From positions 3,497 to 67,496 of the forward strand of contig JANYKG010000182.1 in the NCBI GenBank assembly GCA_025358205.1: DNA of 64,000 nucleotides. The letters run 5' to 3'. Position 1 is the stretch's first letter; every line of letters begins with the position of its first letter. This DNA comes from Armatimonadota bacterium. GTDB taxonomy: Bacteria; Armatimonadota; UBA5829; DTJY01. Of the stretch, positions 44,025 to 53,856 are shown in pieces. The translations under genes and the position numbers were made by a program. The notes beneath the pieces are model-generated. The model worked only from the letters and a program-made list of their open reading frames with translations. It did no database searches and was not told the origin of the DNA.

Positions 44025-45290
44025 TCAAGTCCTGAGCAGATAGGCGCGCACCATGTTGAGCGCGGTCTGCGATGCCCTCAGCTTGATCTCCTGACGACTG
44101 CCGCCGAAGACGCTCTTTGTCACTTCCACGCCGCCCGGGGTCTTCAGTCCGATGTAGACCAGTCCGATCGGCTTCTGCGGAGAGCCCCCGCCCGGTCCCG
44201 CAATGCCGGTGATCCCCAGCGCCACGTCCGCGCCGGTCATCTCGGCCGCGCCGACCGCCATCGCTTCGGCCACTTCCGGGCTAACCGCGCCGTGTTCGCA
44301 CAGCATCTCCTTGGACACGCCGAGCATCTCGGTTTTCGCCTCGTTGCTGTACGATACCGCGCCTGCGAGAAACGTATCGGAACTGCCTGGCACGTTCGTA
44401 ATTCTGTGTGAGACCAACCCGCCTGTGCATGACTCCGCCAACGCGAGCGTCAACTTTCTTTCGACCAGCATGCGCACGACCACGATCTCAAGCGTCTCTT
44501 CGTCCACGCCGTAGATGCTGTCGCCCAGCCTCGTGCGCGCTTCACGCTCCAGCCCGGCGATCATTTCTCTGGCCTCTGACTCATCGGACGCCTTCGCCGT
44601 GATGCGGAACTCGCACTCGCCGCTCTTCGCATAAGGCGCGATCGTGGGGTTCGAGTTCGCGAGCAGGTCCTTGACCTTTTCTTCCGCCGCGGACTCACCA
44701 ATGCCGACCACGCGCAGGCTTCTGGAGACGATGACAGTCCTGGCCCCGGAGGTCTTGTGGCTGAGGAAGGGGATAACCGACTTCTCCACCATGGGGACGA
44801 ATTCGCACGGCGGGCCGGGAAGGGCGATAACGATCTTGCCGTCCTTCTCGACTAAAGCGCCTGGCGCAGTGCCCACGCTGTTCGGTATCGAGGTACCTGA
44901 CTGCGGTTTGAGTGCCTGTTTCAGATTGCTCTGGGCTATCGGGAGACCTCTGCGCTGAAAGAAGCTCTTGATTACTTCCTCAGCTTCAGGATCAACGACC
45001 ATTGGCTCATGGAGAACTTCTGCTATCGTCTCCTTGGTCAGATCGTCCTGAGTAGGCCCCAGTCCCCCTATAGTGATTACCAGATCCGCTCGGGAAAGCG
45101 CTCTTTCGAGCGTGTCGGTCAACCGAGCGATATTATCTCCAACCGTGTCACGGTAGAATACATCAATACCGAGAGCGGAAAGCGCCCTGCTCAGATGGGG
45201 GGCATTTGTGTCCACAATCTGCCCCAGTAGAAGCTCGGTTCCCACCGAGATAATCTCAGCGCGCACGCCTGTCCTCCGGTTCCTGCCCAT
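44025..45290 (-). CDS. cinA: CinA-family competence/damage-inducible protein (MoCF-like N-domain plus nicotinamide-nucleotide amidohydrolase PncC domain)
   Basis: 421-aa ORF. N-terminal AEIISVGTELLLGQIVDTN, ITIGGLGPTQDD, and the C-terminal ESCTGGL motif of CinA/PncC. Confidence 0.9.
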   Translation of the reverse strand: MGRNRRTGVRAEIISVGTELLLGQIVDTNAPHLSRALSALGIDVFYRDTVGDNIARLTDTLERALSRADLVITIGGLGPTQDDLTKETIAEVLHEPMVVDPEAEEVIKSFFQRRGLPIAQSNLKQALKPQSGTSIPNSVGTAPGALVEKDGKIVIALPGPPCEFVPMVEKSVIPFLSHKTSGARTVIVSRSLRVVGIGESAAEEKVKDLLANSNPTIAPYAKSGECEFRITAKASDESEAREMIAGLEREARTRLGDSIYGVDEETLEIVVVRMLVERKLTLALAESCTGGLVSHRITNVPGSSDTFLAGAVSYSNEAKTEMLGVSKEMLCEHGAVSPEVAEAMAVGAAEMTGADVALGITGIAGPGGGSPQKPIGLVYIGLKTPGGVEVTKSVFGGSRQEIKLRASQTALNMVRAYLLRT

Positions 45291-45395
45291 ATTATACTTT
45301 ATCAGACGTGCAAATTCAAGGAGAGTTTTTGCGGGGTTCTTGCCGTGTTCTTTGCAGGGTTAGTGTGCCTGCGCCAAAGGCGCTTCTTATCCCAG

Positions 45396-45526
45396 CCTGT
45401 GGGCAACGCCCCAGGGATGGGCGCACAGCAAGGAAAGGGCTGAAAGCCCGTACTATTTCCCTCATAGACCGGGCTTTCAGCCCTGCAATGATTCTCTGAA
45501 CCGCAAACCTTGGGCGTTGCCCCTGC
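45396..45526. repeat. Family-B repeat, copy 2 (palindromic, both arms)
   Basis: CCTGTGGGCAACGCCCCAGG...AAGGGCTGAAAGCCCG, then a spacer, then CGGGCTTTCAGCCCT...CCTTGGGCGTTGCCCC. The left arm aligns with 432-487. Confidence 0.7.
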
Positions 45527-45570
45527 ATTGGTTGATTCTACCCGCCGGCCTCGTCACTTGTTCCTACAAT

Positions 45571-45611
45571 CATCTGCGTAAACGGACACTTTTTGTCCGT
45601 ATACGCAGATG
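45571..45611. repeat. Near-perfect 41-nt hairpin/palindrome
   Basis: CATCTGCGTAAACGGACA-CTTTT-TGTCCGTATACGCAGATG, with no T-tract on either strand. Confidence 0.7.
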
Positions 45612-45637
45612 AAAGTTGCATACACACCTCACGCCCT

Positions 45638-45694
45638 GGGAGCGCGAGCGTCCCCGCTCGCTCCGGAGAAAGCGGACGGGGACGTCCGCGCTCC
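45638..45694. repeat. GC-rich long hairpin (family-B third module, both arms)
   Basis: GGGAGCGCGAGCGTCCCCGCT...AGCGGACGGGGACGTCCGCGCTCCC. One arm matches GGCGGACGCTCGCCCTCCC at 573-591. Confidence 0.6.
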
Positions 45695-45858
45695 CGCTGA
45701 TGGCCGCATGATTGCTTGGAAACTTTGCACGCTTTCGCCCTCCAGTACTAACCCACCTGCGCCGAAAATGTAATACAGATGTACCGTACTGTGATTATAC
45801 TAGTCCGGGCACTAATCCGCATTGCTCACTGATTGAGTGGGTAATGCTCATGAGGCTT

Positions 45859-45885
45859 TGGATTATGCGAAAAGCGCGTAATCCA
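45859..45885. repeat. Family-A single hairpin variant, copy A7
   Basis: TGGATTATGCGAAAAGCGCGTAATCCA resembles the GGATTATGCG...CATAATCC hairpin of copy A3. Confidence 0.5.
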
Positions 45886-45915
45886 GACGGAGAGCAGAGA
45901 GGAGCTAACCACAGT

Positions 45916-46992
45916 ATGCCGCAGTTAAGAAAGAACCCGATCACCAGGGAGTGGGTAATCATCGCCACGGAGCGCAGCAGGCGTCCGTCGGATTTCTCGC
46001 ACGCCGAGGATACCTCGCCAACCGCCGGTCTGGAATATGCAGACAACTGTCCGTTCTGCCCCGGGCATGAAGACAAGACGCCGCCGGAGGTGCTGGCATT
46101 CAGGAAGAACCCCGAACTGGCGAACGGCGACGGCTGGTGGGTGAGAGTGATCCCCAACAAGTTCCCGGCGCTTGCCATTGAGGGATCGCTAGACCGATCA
46201 GGCTATGGCATGTATGACTTCATGAACGGCGTAGGCGCCCACGAGGTCATTCTGGAAACACCCCAGCACAACAAAAACATGGCTACGGTAGACCATAGTC
46301 AGGCCGCAGAGGTCTGGTGGGCTATCCGTCAGCGCATGATGGATCTCTCGCGCGACCCCAGATTCAAGTACGTCAGCGTATTCCGCAACCACGGCAAGAT
46401 AGCCGGCACATCGCTGGAGCATCCGCATTCCCAGATGGTGGCGCTGCCCATGGTACCGGGCGATGTGATGTTGGAGATTCAGGGCGCGGACGCGTACTAC
46501 AGCTACCACGACCGCTGCATCTACTGCGACATGATTCGTCAGGAACTGCACTTCGGACAGCGAATAGTGTGTGAGACGGACGACTTTGTGGCGTTTGAGC
46601 CGTTCGCGCCGAAGTTCCCGTTCGAGACATGGGTGCTGCCCAAGAAGCACAGCCGCTCGTTCATAGAAGACGGCGAGGAGCAGATTCCGGGATTCGTTAC
46701 CGTGCTGCAGGATGTGCTTGGCCGTATAGGACGGTGTCTGAACAACCCGCCGTTCAACTACGTGCTGCACACATCGCCGTTCGAGGCCGAGAAGGAACAC
46801 TGCTTCCACTGGCACCTGGAGATTCTGCCCAGGATGACGATAGCAGCGGGATTTGAGATGGGTACGGGCATTTACATCAACGTAACCGCGCCCGAGGATT
46901 CCGCCGCTCACCTCCGCGCAGCCAACCCGGAACCAGCGGAGAGTACAGAGGACGAGGCAAAGGCAAAGAAGACCGTCAAGGTCCACGGCTAG
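45916..46992 (+). CDS. galT: Galactose-1-phosphate uridylyltransferase (HIT superfamily)
   Basis: Track ORF 45712-46992. The ATG at 45916 (MPQLRKNPITREWVIIA...) follows GAGAGGAG. It has the CPFCPGHE zinc motif and the active-site HPHSQ. The upstream 68 codons of the track ORF cover repeat elements. Confidence 0.9.
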   Translation: MPQLRKNPITREWVIIATERSRRPSDFSHAEDTSPTAGLEYADNCPFCPGHEDKTPPEVLAFRKNPELANGDGWWVRVIPNKFPALAIEGSLDRSGYGMYDFMNGVGAHEVILETPQHNKNMATVDHSQAAEVWWAIRQRMMDLSRDPRFKYVSVFRNHGKIAGTSLEHPHSQMVALPMVPGDVMLEIQGADAYYSYHDRCIYCDMIRQELHFGQRIVCETDDFVAFEPFAPKFPFETWVLPKKHSRSFIEDGEEQIPGFVTVLQDVLGRIGRCLNNPPFNYVLHTSPFEAEKEHCFHWHLEILPRMTIAAGFEMGTGIYINVTAPEDSAAHLRAANPEPAESTEDEAKAKKTVKVHG

Positions 46993-47109
46993 GAATCGCC
47001 CTTCATAACCCGAACACCCACAGGGACGGAGAACCTTCCGTCCCTGTTTTCGTGCGTAGCGTTCCATGCACCCCCAACTCGGACTGGAATGCATAATGCA
47101 GGCTGGGTC

Positions 47110-47118
47110 TGGTATAAT
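47110..47118 (+). promoter_or_regulatory. Extended -10 promoter element TGGTATAAT
   Basis: TGnTATAAT match 21 nt upstream of the AAGGAG SD/ATG of the 47139 gene. No clear -35. Confidence 0.4.
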
Positions 47119-47138
47119 CAACGCAAAGGAGTATCGCC

Positions 47139-48011
47139 ATGAGAAAACTCTTTGCCATATTTGCGCTGTTGGTCTTGTTGAATGCCGGTTCCGCTCACAC
47201 CGCGAGCGCTGCACAGCAACCCGTTTTCACCTTCACGGTGTTTGGCGACAACCAGCCACCGCAGGCCACGGCGTCACAACCCGTCAGGTTTCGCGAACTG
47301 CTGGCGAGAATGAAAACGCTGTCACCCGATTTCGCCGTGTGTACGGGCGACAGTATCTACGGCGCGTCGAGTTTGGCCAGGCTGCGCTTGCAGTACAAGG
47401 ACTACACAGACACAGTGGTGTCGCTGTTCGGCGGCAAGGTCTATCAGACCATCGGAAACCACGAGGCGTTTGGAACCAAATCAAGCCAGGAGTTTTTTCA
47501 GAAGGAACTCGGTTCGCTGTACTACTCGTTCGACAAGGGCGACTCGCACTTCATCGTGTTGGACGGCGATGTGAATGGCGAAGAGGGGAAGATCACCGGC
47601 GACCAGTTGGCGTGGCTGAAGGATGATCTGTACAAGGCGCGCGCCGCTGGGCATAAGTTCGTCTTCCTGCACCGTCCGCTCTACCCGGTGGGCGGGCACA
47701 CCGGCTCCAGCATGGACACAAGCCGCGTGGACCGCGATGCTCTGCACGGGCTGTTCGCGCGCAACCGCATCACGGCGGTCTTCTCCGGGCACGAACATCT
47801 TTTCAACGCGCAGAAGCGGAACGGCGTGATCTACATCATCAGTGGTGGCGGCGGCGGAGAGCTGTACCCATCTTTCAGCGGCGAGGGCGATTTTCCGAAC
47901 TTCGTGCTGGTGAAGGTTGCCGGGGATAAGGTGGACATGACCGTCGTCAAGATGCCGTACAGAGGAAAGCCGGAGCAGATGCTGCCGGTGAGCAGCTTTA
48001 TCCGTGAGTAA
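47139..48011 (+). CDS. Secreted calcineurin-like metallophosphoesterase
   Basis: 290-aa ORF with a signal peptide. Metallophosphoesterase blocks VFGDNQ, GDSIY, GNHE and SGHEH. Confidence 0.8.
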   Translation: MRKLFAIFALLVLLNAGSAHTASAAQQPVFTFTVFGDNQPPQATASQPVRFRELLARMKTLSPDFAVCTGDSIYGASSLARLRLQYKDYTDTVVSLFGGKVYQTIGNHEAFGTKSSQEFFQKELGSLYYSFDKGDSHFIVLDGDVNGEEGKITGDQLAWLKDDLYKARAAGHKFVFLHRPLYPVGGHTGSSMDTSRVDRDALHGLFARNRITAVFSGHEHLFNAQKRNGVIYIISGGGGGELYPSFSGEGDFPNFVLVKVAGDKVDMTVVKMPYRGKPEQMLPVSSFIRE

Positions 48012-48014
48012 CCG

Positions 48015-49433
48015 CTATTTGCCGATGCAGAACTCGCTGAAGATTCGTTCTATCACGTCTTCCGAAACCGTCTCGCCGGTGATGGCCCCAAGCGCATCAG
48101 CAGCCGACTTCAGGTCTATGCTGATAAGATCGGGCGGCAGGCCGGATTCCGCGGTACCCAGTGCGTTCTCCAGCGACGAACAAGCCTCCTCCAGCGCGCG
48201 CCTGTGCCTTGCGTTGCTGACAACCACGCCGCCGGATGCTGTGGGCGGCACCGTACCGGAGAGTATTGCGTTGGCGATGGCGTCCTCCAACTCCAGTATC
48301 CCCTCGTTGGACGGCGCGGCGGTCTGCTTCACGGCGCCGGCCGAGGGTAGGTTCACCGCCACCCACGCGCGCAGGTTCTCCGCCATTTCGTCCGCGTCGG
48401 ATTCGCGCAGCAGGTCTGTCTTGTTCAGCACAACTATGACCCGTTTGCCCGCCAGGCCTTTCAGCAACACCTCGTCCTCGGCGGTCAGACCATCGGATGC
48501 GTCCACTACTGCCAGTGCCAGGTCCGCCTGATCGAGCGTCTTCCTGGCCTTAGCGACGCCCATCCGCTCCACCTCGTCGTCAGTCTCGCGTATGCCCGCC
48601 GTGTCGCTGGCCCGCACGGGGATGCCGCAAATGTTCAGGGTCTCTTCAATGACGTCGCGGGTGGTGCCGGGGATGGATGTGACAATCGCGCGGCTCTCTC
48701 GCAGAAGCGCGTTTAGCAGGCTCGACTTGCCGACGTTGGGCCGACCGACTATCGCCGCCAGAATGCCTTCGCGGTAGACCTTGCCCCTGTCCGCCGTCGC
48801 CAGCAGGTCGCGCACGTGCCCGGTCGCTGCCCGGATGGACTCCGCCACGACGGATGGGGCGGTTTCCGTAACCTCTTCAGGAAAATCTATCGCCGCCTCG
48901 ATGTGCGTGAGTATGCCAATCATTTCCTCGCGAAGCATGCGGACACGAGTAGACAACATCCCGCCGAACTGCATGCCTGCCACGCGCATAGCCTCATCCG
49001 TGCGAGCGTGTATAATGTCCAGCACCGCCTCGGCCTGCGCAAGGTCCAGCCGTCCGGTCAGGAACGCGCGCTTCGTAAACTCACCCGGTTCGGCCAGCCT
49101 TGCTCCTGCGCGAAGAGCGGCCTCCAGAACTCGACGTGTTGGCACCAGTCCGCCGTGGCATGAAATCTCCACAGCATCTTCGCCGGTGTAGCTCCTGGGT
49201 GAACGGAAGACTGTGATTACGCCGTCGTCTATTGTCTCATCGGTCACGGGGTCGAATGCGTATCCGTAGTGGGCGGTGTGGGTGGGAACCCCCGGCACTG
49301 GTATGCCGGTGGCGAGGCGAAACATCTCTCCCGACACAGCAAAGGCGTCCGTGCCGCTGATGCGGATTACGCCGATTCCGCCTTCACCGATGGGGGTAGC
49401 TATCGCTGCGATTGTGTCGTCAAGAAATGACAT
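48015..49433 (-). CDS. mnmE: tRNA uridine-5-carboxymethylaminomethyl modification GTPase MnmE
   Basis: 472-aa ORF with G-domain [12 protein letters not shown] and DTAGIR, and the invariant C-terminal FCIGK. Confidence 0.95.
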   Translation of the reverse strand: MSFLDDTIAAIATPIGEGGIGVIRISGTDAFAVSGEMFRLATGIPVPGVPTHTAHYGYAFDPVTDETIDDGVITVFRSPRSYTGEDAVEISCHGGLVPTRRVLEAALRAGARLAEPGEFTKRAFLTGRLDLAQAEAVLDIIHARTDEAMRVAGMQFGGMLSTRVRMLREEMIGILTHIEAAIDFPEEVTETAPSVVAESIRAATGHVRDLLATADRGKVYREGILAAIVGRPNVGKSSLLNALLRESRAIVTSIPGTTRDVIEETLNICGIPVRASDTAGIRETDDEVERMGVAKARKTLDQADLALAVVDASDGLTAEDEVLLKGLAGKRVIVVLNKTDLLRESDADEMAENLRAWVAVNLPSAGAVKQTAAPSNEGILELEDAIANAILSGTVPPTASGGVVVSNARHRRALEEACSSLENALGTAESGLPPDLISIDLKSAADALGAITGETVSEDVIERIFSEFCIGK

Positions 49434-49504
49434 TGGTGGTGGCTCGGGCGTTCAGATAGAAAACGGGCCGCCGACTATGGTGTGTCAACGGCCCGCGCAA
49501 TAGA

Positions 49505-50389
49505 CTAGTCTTTCGGCGAAATGACCAGGACTCTCTCCGGCTCCTCGCCTTCGCTGTAGGTCTTCACGTCCGGGCTTTCCGCCAGCGCGGAGTGAATGAC
49601 CCGGCGGTCGTTCGCGTCCAGGGATTCCAGCACGGCTTCCTGGCCGGATTCCTTCACCTGCTTGGCCAACGCCAGAGCCTGTTCGCGCAGCTTCTCTTCG
49701 TGGTGAGTTCTGTAATCCTCAACGTCCAGCACTGTGCGGAGCTTGCCGCGATACTTTCTGTTCAGCGAAATGCCGACCAGGTACTGCATGGCGTTGATCG
49801 TCTGGCCGTGCCTTCCGATCAGTCTCGGTGCGTCGCCGCCGCGAATCTCCAGCGAAATGTTTGTCTCGCCGACCGTCTTTACCGATGCGTCGCCGCCGTT
49901 GCCAAGCGCGTCGAGCATCCGCTGAAGCAAATCTTTGCCAAACTCCGCTGCTTCCTTGACGGTCTCGGGCGGCAATATCGGCAATTCCGACAAAGGCACG
50001 CGCGGTTCACGGGACTCGGGCTTCGGCTCTGGTTTCGGCTTCTGTTCCTGCATCCGTTTTGGTTCCTCTCTCGGCTTGGGGGCAGGTCTGGCCGGCCGTT
50101 CCCTGGGTTTCTGCTCCTGCTTAGGTTCCGGCTTCGGCTCCGACCTCTGCTGCGGCTGATTCTGCGGACGTGACGGACGTCGCGACCTGCTGCGCCGGGA
50201 CTCCGATGGGGCTGCGTTCCTCAGCGTGACCCGCACCTTCGCGGGCGTCTTCTGGCCGATGCCGAGAAAGCCTTTTGTGCCTTCTTCCAGAATCTCTACA
50301 TCTACTTCGTCTTCCGTGACGCCGAGTTGCTTTAACGCCTTCTCGGTCGCTTCCTGCACATTCTTTCCGGTCTCCTCTATGTTTGTCAT
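49505..50389 (-). CDS. jag: Jag/KhpB RNA-binding protein (Jag_N, KH, R3H) with long P/E/K/R-rich linker
   Basis: 294-aa ORF downstream of yidC with a KH-like core and a C-terminal R3H-type region (NDRRVIHSALAESPDVKTYSEGEEPERVLVI). It has a ~75-aa low-complexity insert. Confidence 0.85.
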   Translation of the reverse strand: MTNIEETGKNVQEATEKALKQLGVTEDEVDVEILEEGTKGFLGIGQKTPAKVRVTLRNAAPSESRRSRSRRPSRPQNQPQQRSEPKPEPKQEQKPRERPARPAPKPREEPKRMQEQKPKPEPKPESREPRVPLSELPILPPETVKEAAEFGKDLLQRMLDALGNGGDASVKTVGETNISLEIRGGDAPRLIGRHGQTINAMQYLVGISLNRKYRGKLRTVLDVEDYRTHHEEKLREQALALAKQVKESGQEAVLESLDANDRRVIHSALAESPDVKTYSEGEEPERVLVISPKD

Positions 50390-50426
50390 ATGGAGATGTA
50401 CCTCCTATTGTACCCGATCGCTCTGA

Positions 50427-51659
50427 TTAGCCGCCGGGAGTCGGTTGCACTGTGATTCGTGGCGCGATCTGGAAACGCTTCTTCCGCTTGTTGGATTTGC
50501 TGCCCGGCGCCACCGTGGACTTCTTCGGCTCAGCAGGCCCCACCGGAACCTTAACGATGCCGCCATCGGTCACACCTGCCGCACCACCGCCGCCGCTCGG
50601 GTGCTTCAGTATGTAGTACTGCTGTGTTGTGCTGATGACGTTGAAGAACAGCCAGTACAGCATGAACGCTGAGGGAAATCCCTTGAACATGAACGCGAAC
50701 ATAAGTGGCATCATGTACATCATCATCTTCTGCTCCGGCCCCTGGTTCGGGTCCACGACTGAGAGCTTCTGAGACCAGATCATGCTGATCGTGTAGATGA
50801 TTACGAGAGGAATATCCGGCATTGACAGGTCTGTACCAACCAGAGACGGATACAAGCGTGACAGGCCTGAGCCAATCCAAAGGAAATGCCCCTGCGAAAA
50901 TTGGAACTGGTAGGGACTTATGACGTACCGGTACAGACCGATGAGGATAGGCATCTGCACCAGCAGCGGCAGGCACCCGCTCAGGGGATTCACCCCGTGC
51001 TCCTTGTAGAGCTCCATCATCTTCTTGCCCTGCTCCTGCTGGTTGTCCTTGTACTTCGCCTGAAGCTCCTTCATCAGCGGCTGTATCTTCTGCATCTCCC
51101 TCATGCTCTTGTACTGGGCGTGTGAGAGTGGAGTGGTAACGATCTTGAATATGAGGGTGATGATCAGAAGGGCGAGGGCATAGCTGTACTCAGGATTCCT
51201 GCCGGTAAGCGCCACAAGCCAGTCTATGGCCTTGTAGCCTATTTCGCTAGAGCGCTTCTCCGTCATGCGCTTTTTAAGGGCTTCCAATCGCACCTTGGCT
51301 TCGTTTGCCGAAATGGATTCCGTCTTGGAATAATCCGCTACCAGCTTGGTATAGACATCAACGGCGCGAGTGTCATCCTTGATCTTCTTTTCGTACAATT
51401 CGCCGGAGTGAAGGCGAGCTTGCGCGGCCTCTTCGGTGGTCTGGTACGCCTTGGCTGTGCCAATGCTCAGGTACTTCCCGGCAACGCCTTTGAGCTTCTT
51501 GGTGTCCCCTTTGGCTGCAAGTTCTTCTTTCTGAGCTTGCGCGATCAGGGTCTGGATGGGCGGCGGCACTTGCGGAGTATTGCGTTTCTGGAAGTATAAG
51601 AAGAATGCCAGGCTCGCTATCCAGATGGCCGCGAGAATTAGAGTCTTATTGTCCTTCAT
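50427..51659 (-). CDS. yidC: Membrane protein insertase YidC
   Basis: 410-aa ORF. The conserved 60-kDa IMP core motifs are ALALLIITLIFKIVTTPLS, NPLSGCLPLLVQMPILIGLY and PSAFMLYWLFFN. Confidence 0.9.
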   Translation of the reverse strand: MKDNKTLILAAIWIASLAFFLYFQKRNTPQVPPPIQTLIAQAQKEELAAKGDTKKLKGVAGKYLSIGTAKAYQTTEEAAQARLHSGELYEKKIKDDTRAVDVYTKLVADYSKTESISANEAKVRLEALKKRMTEKRSSEIGYKAIDWLVALTGRNPEYSYALALLIITLIFKIVTTPLSHAQYKSMREMQKIQPLMKELQAKYKDNQQEQGKKMMELYKEHGVNPLSGCLPLLVQMPILIGLYRYVISPYQFQFSQGHFLWIGSGLSRLYPSLVGTDLSMPDIPLVIIYTISMIWSQKLSVVDPNQGPEQKMMMYMMPLMFAFMFKGFPSAFMLYWLFFNVISTTQQYYILKHPSGGGGAAGVTDGGIVKVPVGPAEPKKSTVAPGSKSNKRKKRFQIAPRITVQPTPGG

Positions 51660-51699
51660 GTGCTCCTCGAATTTTCAACGGACGCATTTCGCATACTCT

Positions 51700-51906
51700 T
51701 CATCTCACGGGGTCGAACCCGCCTGATGACCAGGGATGACAGCGAAGAATGCGCCAGGCGGCCATGCCCACGCCCTTGATGGGGCCGTACTTGAGGATGG
51801 CCTGCACCGCATATTCGGAGCAGCTCGGATGGAATCTGCAGACTCTGGGTAGATGCCTGGATGCACGCTGATACACACGTATGAAAAAGATGATCGCATG
51901 CCGCAT
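51700..51906 (-). CDS. yidD: Membrane protein insertion efficiency factor YidD
   Basis: The [23 protein letters not shown] motif is present. The ATG at 51906 sits 1 nt after the rnpA stop. The track ORF extends to 51939 and overlaps rnpA. Confidence 0.9.
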   Translation of the reverse strand: MRHAIIFFIRVYQRASRHLPRVCRFHPSCSEYAVQAILKYGPIKGVGMAAWRILRCHPWSSGGFDPVR

Positions 51907-51907
51907 G

Positions 51908-52291
51908 TTATGAGCCGTGCAGGTCGCCGACGCCATCAATCGGCTTCAGCAACCCGGCCTTTCGAAACTGTTCTCTGGCGGCATACAAGACTTTTTCCAG
52001 CGAGGAATCACGCGCAGGGTTTCGGGCAATCATCACCACGTCGCAGCCACACTCCCTTACGCCGCCCTCCAGTATCAGCAGTCTCACCGCCTCACGAAAG
52101 AGTCTTCTCGCACGATTCCTTTGAACTGCCTTGCCAATCTTGGAACTGGTTACGAATCCGTACCTGCTCGGCAGATCACCGCGCGTGTCCCGCAATTTCA
52201 GGATAAACAACCTGTGGACATACGCCTGCCCGCCGGAATAGACCTTCTTGAAATCCTGTTTGCGGGTCAGCCTGCTCTGCTTTTGTAGCAC
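51908..52291 (-). CDS. rnpA: Ribonuclease P protein component
   Basis: [15 protein letters not shown]...[26 protein letters not shown] is the RnpA signature. I prefer the GTG at 52291 (GGAGGA 5 nt upstream). The track start at 52387 would run into REP copy A6. Confidence 0.8.
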   Translation of the reverse strand: MLQKQSRLTRKQDFKKVYSGGQAYVHRLFILKLRDTRGDLPSRYGFVTSSKIGKAVQRNRARRLFREAVRLLILEGGVRECGCDVVMIARNPARDSSLEKVLYAAREQFRKAGLLKPIDGVGDLHGS

Positions 52292-52381
52292 CAGATCCTC
52301 CGCCGGCAAATATGGCGGATATGCGCGGCGTTTATGCCTGCGCCATCCGGGGGGTTTGGCCCCGGAACCGTTCACGTCAGT

Positions 52382-52453
52382 CCGCACTATTCACCTAATA
52401 CGCGAATAATGCGCAGAAAGGTCCTGCGATACGCGCTTCATGCGTAATGCAGG
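52382..52453 (-). repeat. Family-A REP-like double hairpin, copy A6 (degenerate)
   Basis: CCGCACTATTCACCTAATACGCGAATAATGCG-CAGAAAGGT-CCTGCGATACGCGCTTCATGCGTAATGCAGG lies between rpmH and rnpA. Confidence 0.55.
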
Positions 52454-52454
52454 C

Positions 52455-52592
52455 TTAGACTGTCAGCTTGGCTCTGCCTCTGGCGCGGCGTCGGCTCAGT
52501 ATGTTGCGCCCGGCTCTGGTTGACATCTTAGAAAAGAATCCGTGAACGCGGCTGCGTCTTCTTGCTTTTGGTTGATATGTTCTCTTGCTCAA
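52455..52592 (-). CDS. rpmH: 50S ribosomal protein L34
   Basis: The TTG start with GGAGG 8 nt upstream gives [45 protein letters not shown] (45 aa), the canonical L34 sequence. The track ORF (to 52682) is an upstream extension. Confidence 0.9.
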   Translation of the reverse strand: MSKRTYQPKARRRSRVHGFFSKMSTRAGRNILSRRRARGRAKLTV

Positions 52593-52620
52593 AACCTGTA
52601 ACCTCCATCGAATGCTCGTC

Positions 52621-52650
52621 ATTATAGCACAGCGGCACATTGTCTGGCAA
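52621..52650 (-). promoter_or_regulatory. Candidate sigma-70 promoter of rpmH (TTGCCA-18 nt-TGcTATAAT)
   Basis: On the minus strand, TTGCCA is the reverse complement of 52645-52650 and TATAAT is the reverse complement of 52621-52626, preceded by TGC (extended -10). This is about 30 nt upstream of the rpmH SD. Confidence 0.5.
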
Positions 52651-52722
52651 GCAAATTCGCGCTCCGGGGAATTCACCTTCACCAGGACCGTTTTCAGTCA
52701 CCAGAATGGCCTACCAGCAAGA

Positions 52723-52752
52723 AGCCCGCCGTAGTTCTCGCTACAGCGGGCT
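52723..52752 (-). terminator. Hairpin terminator candidate after the HAF/PEP-CTERM gene
   Basis: AGCCCGCCGTAG (52723-52734) faces CTACAGCGGGCT (52741-52752). On the minus strand it is followed by TCTTGCT, a weak U-tract. Confidence 0.45.
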
Positions 52753-52782
52753 TGATGATGTAAACGGGAGATACTTAAATCG

Positions 52783-53832
52783 CTATGCCTTGCGCCGCCT
52801 GAGCACCAGACCGGCTGGGGCCAGCAGTGCCGCAAGTGCCAACAGGGAAGACGGTTCGGGTACCGGTTCCGGTTGCCATAGAATCGCCCGGCCGTAAGAT
52901 ACGCCTACGATCTGGCCGGTGTTGTTCACGTCAATCGCCGCACCCACACCCAAGATCGTCAACCCATTCTCCGGCGTCCAGACAAACGCATGTGACATCG
53001 GATCGAGCGCTCTCGTGTCAGTCATGCTGCCCACTACCACATTGGACTCGTTGATTGTGTACATGTCTAGTTCGACGGTCCTGGGGAACTCTAGCACGCA
53101 TCTCATGCCGCCTGAAGAATCCCACAGGAACATGCCCTGGCGATCCATGTCAATGCCGGAATAACCCACCACTGTACCATCATTGTTAATCGCCTTTGCA
53201 TAACTCCAGCCGGCACCGAGATCGCCAATCTCCGTGACAGCCGAGCCCTTGCTCCAAACGAAACCGTGAGCCATGAACTCGCCCATTCCACCAGTTCCTA
53301 CAACCTGGCCGGATTCGTTGATATCATATATGTCCGTAAACTCACCGCCGAACGCATCTATTACCGTCCGTCCGTCATTCTCCGACCAAACGAAAGCAGG
53401 AGAGGTACGATCATCCATGCTGAAGTGACCGCCCACCACTCCGCCGTCGTTAATGGTCCATGCTTCGCTCCACCTCTCTCCCGGCACACTCAGGTCAGTC
53501 ATGGCTGACGTACTGGGATCGAAGAGAAACGCATGAGCCCGGTCATTTGGGTATCTCGTGGAGCCGACTATCTGTGTTCTCTCATTCATGTCCATGGCGG
53601 CGACATTGTCACGCAGATCTATGATCGGCTTATCCAGTATCCAGAGCATGGCATGTGGAACACCCTGCGAAGGCCCAGCGTCCACCAATATGTTCCCAGT
53701 GCTTGATATGGACATCGCCGCAGTTGATGGATAGTCCAATACGTGCGAAACGTAGCCAGCGCAGCATCCGGACGCGCACACTACAGCTACTAGCGCCAAC
53801 ATCACCACAAATCTACTCACTGTGCTACTCAT
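52783..53832 (-). CDS. Secreted HAF-repeat protein with PEP-CTERM sorting signal
   Basis: 349-aa ORF with a signal peptide. Repeated HAFLF / PAFVW / HGFVW / GMFLW / HAFVW units (HAF extracellular repeat). The C-terminal VPEPSSLLALAALLAPAGLVLRRRKA is PEP + TM + basic tail. Confidence 0.8.
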   Translation of the reverse strand: MSSTVSRFVVMLALVAVVCASGCCAGYVSHVLDYPSTAAMSISSTGNILVDAGPSQGVPHAMLWILDKPIIDLRDNVAAMDMNERTQIVGSTRYPNDRAHAFLFDPSTSAMTDLSVPGERWSEAWTINDGGVVGGHFSMDDRTSPAFVWSENDGRTVIDAFGGEFTDIYDINESGQVVGTGGMGEFMAHGFVWSKGSAVTEIGDLGAGWSYAKAINNDGTVVGYSGIDMDRQGMFLWDSSGGMRCVLEFPRTVELDMYTINESNVVVGSMTDTRALDPMSHAFVWTPENGLTILGVGAAIDVNNTGQIVGVSYGRAILWQPEPVPEPSSLLALAALLAPAGLVLRRRKA

Positions 53833-53856
53833 TTGCCAGCCTCCCGACTGCTAGTT

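Noticed and set aside
45712-45915. 68-codon N-terminal extension of galT in the track ORF
   Set aside because: The extension covers a family-A hairpin and has no similarity to GalT. The ATG at 45916 gives the canonical MPQLRKNPITREWV N-terminus with an upstream SD.
49984-50209. Repetitive-looking DNA (CCGAAGCC / GGCTTCGG-type periodicity) inside jag
   Set aside because: It is in frame and encodes a P/E/K/R/Q-rich disordered linker of the Jag/KhpB protein. It is not an independent repeat element.
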